Assembly (NCBI GenBank): GCA_044892505.1 | Contig: CM097883.1 | Location: 256,866,001 to 256,930,000, forward strand | DNA: 64,000 nt | Origin: Schmidtea nova | Taxonomy: Eukaryota | Direction of reading: 5' to 3' | Part shown: one piece after another, positions 38,434 through 48,336 of the stretch | How positions within the stretch are numbered: position 1 is the stretch's first letter | Layout: every line of letters begins with the position of its first letter | Notes under the pieces: model-generated | The model's database searches: none | Told to the model about the DNA's origin: nothing | The model's input: the letters and a program-made list of their open reading frames with translations, nothing else | Translations under genes and position numbers: made by a program

Positions 38434-41400
38434 GGACAAAAAAGTAATCAGCGAGGAAACTGGCAGAGTAATGGGAACCGACCAAATTACGGAAATCAAG
38501 CAAATACCGTAAACCGACCAGATTATGGAAACCAACAAAACAACAATAACAATAATCAGAACAAAACCACCCCCAAAGAAATTCATTTGATGCAAGAAGT
38601 TCAAAGGTTGACGGAACTGATAAACAATACGACGAGAGGAAATCCGCAAACCAATCAACAGCAAATTAGCATGATGAGAAAAATAGAAAGCGAAAACGAA
38701 CGGTTGAATCGAGAAAGTCAAGCACGACACGCTCAAGAATGGGCAAGAATACAAAGAGAGGATGAACAAAAACAGCAAGAAAGAGAACGACAACCTCTAA
38801 GAATTAACATGCTAAGAGCAACAAACCAAACAGACACTCGCGAGAAAGAAACCACACTGGAAATGAATTCGATAGACCCAAATCCAGCCGACAACGAAAG
38901 TCGAAAAGAGATAGTACAAAAAGATGAAGAAGTAGAAAAAGAAACAAAAAAGGAAGTGGAAACCGAGATAAACCAGGAAGAGGGAAAGGAGATTTGGAAA
39001 AGAGGAATGATGGTAATTATGCCCAACAAATCCGTGTTTAGATTCCAGTATAACGTAAAAGAAGAAGTGAGAATATTATTCAACAAAGTAAACCAGATGA
39101 TTCCAGGAGTAACGAAACTGCCCAGAGAAGCGTTCTTACAAATAGAAGGTGCGCCAAAAGTAAAGTTGGAATTAACGGATATATGGGAAAACTTGGGAGT
39201 AGTAGAAACAAAAAGAAACGTGATGATTATTAAAGAAATAGAACCAGAAGAAATTCCACCACCAATACGTCACGAAACCCGAATCAGGCGAATATTTGAA
39301 GGAAAAATGATAAGAAGACGTTTAAAAGAGATAGACGAGTTGGGAAAGAAAATGGAAAAAGTCGAAGTAATAGAGGACAAGAGTGAACCAACACCAGAGA
39401 TCGACAAAACCGAAACAAAACCAACGGAGAAGATACAAGGAGAAACGAACCAAATAGCACATATTAATATGCTAAGAAATACCACCAGAGAGTTTTCCGA
39501 TGAGGAAGAAGATAGTGACATCAGTAGCCTAGCAGGAGACATATTAAACGAATCCGAAGACGAAAATAAAGAGAGAGAAGTAATAAAGACCTCAGAACCT
39601 ACACAGATAAAAGTAGATGAAATCCAGAAATTATTAGATAACTCGCTAGAAGTAATATATAACGAAGAGTTCATGGACAAGAAACAATATCGGAAATTCA
39701 TGAAAGCATTATTACAAATGAACTACAAAGAATGGTTACAAGATCGGGAAATAGACATGTTAAATCGATACGTAGGGAAATTAATAGAGGAACCACTCCT
39801 CAATTACACCATCTCAATAATAATAAATACATCTACACCAAGAATCTGGATTAAAACTCCATTTACAGACGATATCTACAGATGGGTAGAGGACAGGCTA
39901 GGGAGCTCATATAAAAACAAATTCATTTATTCGCAGAATAGACTCGTAAAGAAAAGAACGCACTTAGTAGAAACAGGTATATGGCCAGGAGAAATAACCC
40001 TGTTATCAATATGTGATGAAAAAGAAGAAGAGAACCTACAAGAAGTTGCAAGGGAAGCAAACACGTGCTTCGAAAGGAGAATAAAACCACGGTTAGAATA
40101 CGAGAAAGAACGAGTCTTACGAAAGAATCTAAATTCCCTGATAGAACAAATCATACCACAAGTCAAAAAACATAGAAAAGAGTTAATGAGAAGCGAATAC
40201 GAGAAATTGAAACGATGTATTGAGTGCATACGTGACACAAGCCACACGAGATGGTCACAGATCTCACACGACAAATTAATCGCAAAAATGGGAAAAACAA
40301 TGTTTAGACAAGGGAAAATAACAGATCTAAAAATTTCAGTAGAATTACCTAATGAGGACACCAAAGAAATTGAAGTGGTAGCGGATTGCACCATTAAAGA
40401 ATTAATAAATGTCATCAACGAGACACTAGTGCAAAGAGAACCAGAAGACGAATGGGAAGACGACATAATCATACAATACAACGAACATGTATTATGGGAT
40501 CACGATGAGAGACGATTATAAAAAATCGGTATATGGGATAATCACCAAACAATCCACGTTAGCAGAATGGACGATACACCAAGGGAAACTGCTAAAGATG
40601 AGAAAAAAGAACGGGAACGACGGAAAGAAGTTGTGCGCAAATTACAACGAATAGTAGAAATTTATCGAAATTGGCGAATTTGGCCAGAGTGGGAAAATGT
40701 ATTAGAAGAACTCAATCTCAACAGACGAATACGAACACCCGTAGAAAAACAATGGAACGAGAAAGGAAAATGTTGGGAACCAAAAGAAGGGGAATATGAA
40801 GAAGAATATAAAAGAGGAATTGAAGATGACTGCGAACCAGAGACAGGAAGAGTTTGCATGGTGACAAGAAAAGCTACGCCAATAGACCTAGATGGACCAG
40901 AAACCGCGGCTATGTGGCTAGAAAGGGAAAAGCAAAAAACGGAAGAATTTGTCGAAATATTAAAAACTAATGCGCACGGTAAGAGAAAAGTAATAAAGGG
41001 TCTCGCAGATTTTTTCGTGGTAAATGGGGAGGATATAACATGCTTGCGTAAAGTAGCAAAAGCAATCGCAGAATATAAAAGAGTTAACGAGTGGTGCCCG
41101 GAACAACTAGACCACGTAATTAGGAAATGGAGAAACCAAGAATTCTCGCAGGAAATTCCACAAAAAGTACATTTAAGAATAATATATCCAAACAAGGATA
41201 AGGAAGAGCTTTGGGTAGGAATAGCAGAAAAAATTCGAGATATTAAAAAGAAATTGAGATACGAACCACCATTCCATTTACAACACCAAGGACGATCATT
41301 AGATAACAGTTTAGAGATTGGAATAACGCCAGCGCAACTAGATCTCATGAATACCTTGACAGTGGAAGCAATAGCGGGGCAACCATTGAAACGTAAAGAA

Positions 41401-42519
41401 GAAAACCATAAACCACACGGAAGTATAAGTACGCCGAGCCCGATGAAATCAGTACTAACACCAGGGACAAGTTCGAGACGATCTGAGACAACACCCAGAG
41501 GAACCAGAGAAAGGACTCCACCACAACCATACGACGTGGACGAAATTTTAACGGATAGCGACGATATGATAGAAGAGTTAACCGAATTAACAAGGGAAAA
41601 GGACGATAACATTTTCGAAAGAATACAAGAACTACCTACGACAATACAAGTAACCAACACCGGAGAAACAGAAGTCGAAGAAGAGATAATAATAGAAGAG
41701 GTAAACGATTTGACGGAAGATGAAACGAGAGGAGCGAATGTCGAAAATGTACAATTAACACAAGAAATGGAAAGATGGTTAGAAGAAAGAGCTAACGAAC
41801 CAAGAGATGTCACCGAAGAAACCGGACGAGCAACAAGGTTTGTGGAAACAGGCACAGGAATGGATAAACGACCTCGAGGTAGACCCAAGGCAGACCCAGC
41901 AACTGTAGTTATAAGAAATAAAGATGAAAAGAGACAAGATCAATGGGAATTATGCTTAAGGAAACTAAATAAAATTGCGGAGATGAAAGAAAAAGAGACA
42001 ACACCAATATGTCAAGGGGAGGAATGGATATCGAAAACAATAATGGAAATATTGGCAATAATTGATCCGGAATTAAGAAAATACTGGCGTATAACTGAGA
42101 TAAGCGAAAAGGCGAAGTCACTACACAGCGCAATCGCACCCATCTTACCGGAATTCATAAAAGAAAAGACGAAGTCAAACCATTTAGACTGGCAAGGAAC
42201 CACTATGTTAATAAAGAAACTGACAGAAGGAGCGGAAACGGATAACAAATACGTAATAGCCATTGCATACACGATATACAATCTGTTGACATTGAGTAGA
42301 GGTCGACCAAAACCCACTGCATTAGAGAGACATATAAAAAATACCGCAAAAATTATAGCCAGAGAAATAGAACCATACGTCATTAACAAAGGAGGATGGG
42401 AAACATTTATAAAAAATAACCAGAAGAAAACGCAAGCAAAGAATATGAAAAAGAAATTCGAAAAAATATTGGAAGAGTTAGAGAAGGAACAAACAGGAAC
42501 AGGAAACGCGAAGTCATCA
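38434..42519 (+). pseudogene. Accessory polyprotein segment between Gag and Env: unknown domains, two ubiquitin-like folds, Bcl-2-like domain; one in-frame TAA
   Basis: Same reading frame as gag and env (ORF starts 38227 and 40567 are both 1 mod 3). TAA at 40519-21. Ubl-like segments at 40327-40566 and 41164-41379; BH2-like YVINKGGWETF at 42376-42408. Confidence 0.7.
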
Positions 42520-44592
42520 ATGAATTTGAGTTCTATAATAATGATGATGCTGATATGGATGATTAGCACCGATAGCGCAACAGCATTCGAAGTGTTTGAT
42601 TGCGACCAAATGAAGTTAGGAGAAAAGTATTCATTGAGAGGTACGGAGCAATGCAAAGATGCAACTCCAGTAGAGTTGCAAAAGATTAAAAAGGAACAAT
42701 GGTACCACGTGTATCAAGAAGCAGAACTCATAAAGACAATGGTGAATGAATGTAAAGTGCAGAAGACGAGATTCGCATTCTACTGCGGGAGAGGACATTA
42801 TTCAGCAATTGTCATGCCAGGAACGGAAAGAGAACCAATCGTGTTACAAGGAGAAGACTGCGAAGCACTGTTTAAACATGGAGAAGTAACAACAAGAGAT
42901 AAAATCAAGATAAGAGGAAAGCCAGGAATGATGATGCAACAGACGTACTATGTAGCAGGACGGATTACGGGAGGAGAAGGATATTGTCAAGGAGAAACCT
43001 ACCCGATATTCGGAGTACCCGCAACCAACTTAGTGGTGATGGATACGTATATAGTCGAATTGAAAAGCTATGAAGCATTCTTTGAACCAACAACGGGAGA
43101 AATGAAAACGTTATCCATGTGTAAAATCGACAGGAGCATGTGTCAAACGGGAATGTCAACATTAGTATACAAACCAAAGGTGAACGAATGTCAACTACAA
43201 CTGCTACAAGGAGCACAGTTCGACGAAATTCAAGGAAAAACGTTCCAGGAAGAAGACGATGACGACAAAGTTAGAGCAAAACATCTCAAGGAAGCTTTAG
43301 AGAATAAAAGACAATTGAAACCAGATCACAGAGAAAAACGGATAGAGATGAGGGCCACACCAACAGTATTGATAACCACAAATCACGATGTGGGAATGAG
43401 GTTCATAAAAGGAAAAGCAACCCTCAAGTGTAGTACAACGGTATACGAAACAAATTAACCAGGAATATATGTGTCAAAACAAGAAGTGCCGAATGCGAAA
43501 CCCAAAATCGACACAATGGATATCAAACTACACCTTTACGTGAATAATAAAATGGATTTCCTATTCCATAGAGGACAAGCCTCATTACAAAAAGTATACT
43601 ACGATCTGATAAACAATGATTGCATACTGAATCGAGAAATATTAAAGACAAAGTTGGCCGTAGCGATTACGAATCCAGATAGCGCGATGCCATTATTACC
43701 ACTGAGAGAAGGACATTTCGGAAGAGTGGTTGGAGAAGCAATGTATGTATACATTTGCGAAAAGACACACGCGTCGTTAGCAGCAACAACGCAGTTGAAA
43801 CCTGGAACCTGTACAAATGAGTTAGAAATCGATTACAAAGGAAAAGTACGATACGTTCAACCGGTGACGAGAATCATCAATCCACCAAGGTTTGAACCAA
43901 ATCCATTCAACTGTAGTAATGCGTATGGACCGCTTTATCAGAAACCAGATGGTAAATGGGTTATGTTTCCAGGAAGATCCGAAGTGATAGCACCAAGAGA
44001 ATTCGAGCTAATGCAGTTGTCAAAGGATAGGCAATTCAGCGACGTAGATGTCTCAAACAACGGAATATATAGTCCGAAAGATTTAGAAGCAGCAAGGCAG
44101 AATATACTATTCCCAGCGAGAAGAGAAGCATTACTGTCAAATATCGTAACGATAACGGGAGGAACGAATTATCGAGAAGGACCGAATTATGAACTGTTGT
44201 TGTCACCAGCACATTTCAAGAAAGCCACAGAAAAAATGATGAAAGCAATGTGGGGAAGATTCCTGATATTTGGACAAATGATGGCCGGAATACTGGGGGT
44301 TATATTAATAATACAAATCGTCAGAGTGATAATAACGCAAATGCTCGCGTGTTTTGACATCTACAAGAGAGAAAAGAAAGTGAATTGGAAAATGGTAGTA
44401 GGGTTTTTACCATTCCTTGCGAAAACGATGGTGTTACATGGTCACTCAAAAGATATCCACCGAATAAAAAGACTCCTGAAGATATTAGCAAAAATGAAGG
44501 GAACAGATGAAGAAGTAGGACGAAAATTTAAAAAGATAATGAATGACGAACAAGCAAGACAACAGCTCAAGAGAGAAAGAAAAGGTTTATAG
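42520..44592 (+). pseudogene. env: Env-like glycoprotein resembling Chuviridae/Jingchuvirales G (class III, gB-related); one in-frame TAA
   Basis: Signal-like MNLSSIIMMMLIWMISTDSATA|FEVFDC. Cys-spaced motifs ECKVQKTRFAFYCG, GYCQG, YVNNKMDF..LQKVYYDLINNDCILNREIL..NPD and GHFGRVVGEAMYVYIC. Furin-like REKR at 43330-41. C-terminal WGRFLIFGQMMAGILGVILIIQIV TM. TAA at 43456-58. Confidence 0.8.
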
Positions 44593-47500
44593 GAGAGGAT
44601 GAAAGGATATAAAACCCAAAATGATTCGAGTGATGACGATGATGACGACGACGACTATAAGGGAGGACAAGTGTATAAGAACCAAGCACCACAATACATC
44701 GAAAAGAATCCAGCCGACGCATGGAAATGTTACGCACCTCCACCAACAATGTATCAAGAACCACTACAAGGAGGAAAAAATAGCACGATGCAAATGATGC
44801 CAATGACAAATGTATACCCCATGATACCAGAAGATTATAAAATGAGAAGATGTAGAAGCGTAGATCCACAAGGAGATACACACACGATCGCAGTGATGTC
44901 ATCAAACACAGGTCCAGTATTAACCACGACAATAGAAATTAACGGAAGAGAAATCGAAGCAATGATCGACACTGGAGCAAATATTTCCGCCATCGACATC
45001 AAATGGATACCACAAGAGCAAAGACGGGAAATAGAAAGGACAAACGTCCACGTAATTGCATGTAGCAAAGAAGTTGTAGAAGTAGCAGGAAGATGGTGGG
45101 TAAAAATACGCCACTTAAACACGGAAATCGATACCTACGTAGCAGTTATACCAGCATTAAGCGTACCTTGCATCATCGGAACAGATTTGATGCCAGCATT
45201 ATTTAAAGAGATTGTAATCGACCTCGGAACAATGAGACTAAAGGATCGCACAGGACAAATATGCGCAATAGAAGCCAAAGTGACAAGTTCAAAGCAAATG
45301 ATAATACCCGCAAGAAAGGAGAAAATATGTTACGTAAAGATAGATCCGACAATCCAAGGGGATATGATTTTCGAACCAAGTAAGAGATTCGAGAAAAGAA
45401 AAGCGTTGCCAATGGCAAGAGGACTAGTTAACATAAACGATGATGGAGAAATCCCAATAAACGTAGTAAACTTCGATGAAGAGGACAAAATAATATACGA
45501 AAACGAAAGATTAGGTAAATTAACCCCAATGATGGATATCGAACTACCAATAGAAGGGGCAGAGAAAGATAAAGAGCCAACCTGGAATATTGATAGTGAA
45601 TTATTAAATAAGGATCAAAGGAAGCAGTTAGAAAAACTCCTGATAGAGTATAAGGATATATTTGCAGCATCCGATTTAGATCTAGGAACATGTGATGTCA
45701 CACTACATACAATACCATTAACAGATGAAACCCCAATTGCATTAAGGCCGTACAAATTAGCGGAAGCACAGAAAGCAGTAGCAGAAGCAGAAGTGAAGAA
45801 AATGTTGGATGCAGAAATAATCGAACCAAGTTGTTCACCCTGGCAATTTCCAGTGGTAATGGTAAAGAAAAAAGACGGAACACAGAGATTCTGCATCGAC
45901 TATCGAAGATTGAATACAGTGACAAAAAGGGATACTTACCCATTACCAGACATTAATGAAATGCTATTAACATTACAAGGAGCAGCATATTTTACATCGT
46001 TAGATCTGAAAAGCGGATATTGGCAAATAAAAATGAAGGAAGAAGATAAGGAGAAAACTGCCTTTACCATCGGGAGAGATTTATATCAATTTCGGAAAAT
46101 GCCATTTGGATTAACGAACGCACCAGCATCATTTCAGAGATGCATGAATTTCGTCACCCACGGAATAAAGCAGTGCATGGTCTACATCGACGACTTATTG
46201 ATTTACTCTAGTACATTCGAACAACACATACAGGATATTCGAGATGTATTCGTTAGACTTAGACAATGGAAGTTAAAACTCAAGCCATCAAAATGCGATT
46301 GGGCAAAAGAAAAGGTTACATTTTTAGGACATATAGTGTCAGCAAAAGGAAAAGAACCGGATCCTAGAAACATCGACAAGGTAAAAGAATGTCCAGTACC
46401 AAAAACAATAACCCAAATACAAGAATTTCTCGGACTATGTGGATATTAAAAAAAAAAGCAAAACCTATACAGGAGCTGGTAAAGAAAGATGTATCATTCA
46501 TATGGGGAGATGAACAGCAAACAGCCTTTGAAACGTTGAGAGATAAACTGATAACCGCACCTATATTGGTACACCCAGACTTCAAGAAGCCATTCCTACT
46601 TGCAACAGATGCAAGCGGATATGCAGCAGGAGCAGTATTAGGACAATACGACGACGAAGGAAAAGAACGGGTAATCGGATATTATAGCCGGACATTCAAA
46701 AAACATGAGAAAAATTATTCAGTGACAGAACGGGAAGCATTAGCGATTAAATATTTAAACACTTTAAATATTTATTATGGGGACACATCATCTGCATAAC
46801 AACAGATCACCAACCGCTTGTATGGTTAGGACAGCACAAGGAAACATCTAGTAGACTAATGCGATGGGCAATGCAGTTACAGGAGTACTCACCAGACATA
46901 AAATTTAAATCAGGAAAAGCGAATGCGAATGCAGATTGTATGTCAAGACTGACATTTCCGGAATTAACCGATCCTGATGTACAACGAATTTGTGTATTAA
47001 TAGCGGAGGATTTAGATTTTAGTGAGTTAAAGAAAGATCAACAGGAAGACAAAGAATTGGGACAGATCATAGAGTTCCTAACGTCTCGAAACATGGAGGT
47101 ATTCAAAGATAATAAAGAATTAAAGGAACATATAGGAAAATATCAACATCGCTACATAATAAATAAAGGATGGTTGTTAATACAAACGGGGAAAAGAGAT
47201 TGATGTGTTTACCGGAAAACAGAAGGAAAGAGATAATGATCCAATACCATGATGGGAAATTGGGAGGTCATATGTCCGAGAAAAAGACCATAAATCGTAT
47301 GAGACAAAAATATTATTGGCGAACAATGGAAGAAGATATAAAGGAATGGATTAAAAATTGTCTAACTTGCGCAACCAGAAAGGATAGTGGGAAGAAATGG
47401 AAGAACCCGCTACAACCAATGCCGATACCAGCAGAGCCAATGACAACTATAGCAATGGACGTAATAGGACCATTACCAGAAAGTTTAAACGGAAATATTT

Positions 47501-48336
47501 ATATATTGGTAATAACGGATTATCTGACGAAATTCCCGGAAGCATTTGCCATGCAAGACCAAAAAGCAAAAACCGTAGCAAAAATTCTAGTGGAAGAAAT
47601 ATGTTGCAGATACGGAACTCCAAAACAAATACTCACAGACCAAGGAACTAATTTTATGAGTGAGTTATTGAACGAGGTGACAAACTATTTCAGAATAGCA
47701 AAATTGAGAACTTCACCATATCACCCACAAACGAATGGACAAACGGAGCGATTTAATGGTACATTGATCAGAATGTTATCAAATTACGTCAGCAGACATC
47801 AGACTGATTGGGACGAATACATAAAATTATGTTTAATGGCATACCGAATGTCGATACATGCAGCAACAAAACTAAGCCCATTTCAACTTATGTATGGAAG
47901 AGAATGCAACATGCCCATAGATTTAGAGTATCAGCCACCATTATCACAATATATGGAAGACGACGACTACGTAACCAAATTCAAAGAAAGAATGCAGGAG
48001 ATATGGAAAACGGCAGAACTCAAAATTAAATTTTATCAGGAAAGTTATAAGGATTTACACGACCAGAAGAAAAATGTTAAAGCGAACGACCTAAAACCAG
48101 GAGACTGGGTGATAATAGAAACTCCCGAAATAATACCAGGAACTGTTAAGAAACTCCAAAGACCTGGAAGAGGACCTTATGAAATTATATACAAAAAGGA
48201 CAATAATGTCAAAGTTAAGCTAATAAATCGACCGTTAGTACGACCCATATATGTAAACACCTGCAGATGTAAGAAAGTGCCTAAAACGATAACTATAACA
48301 CCAGAAAATCGAATAATAACCAGAGCACAAACAGCC
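44593..48336 (+). pseudogene. pol: Pol: aspartic protease, reverse transcriptase, RNase H, integrase; three frameshifts
   Basis: PR: AMIDTGANIS. RT: RFCIDYRRLN, LDLKSGYWQI, MPFGLTNAPASFQ, VYIDDLLIYS. RH: LATDASG, ERE, TDHQPL. IN: H..GH..C-x2-C, MDVIGP, TDQGTNF, QTERFN, GPY. Lesions: a deletion with frameshift at ~46445, and frameshifts at ~46750 and ~47168. Confidence 0.97.

Noticed and set aside
42520-44592. Env as a separate nested insertion
   Set aside because: No terminal repeats or TSD were seen, it shares the frame and purine-rich codon style of the flanking Gag/Pol, and it is preceded by an in-frame signal peptide. This is not fully excluded without sibling copies.
45277-45540. dUTPase between PR and RT
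   Set aside because: It resembles the beta-rich PR-RT spacer common in Gypsy elements, and the dUTPase catalytic motifs are not recognisable.
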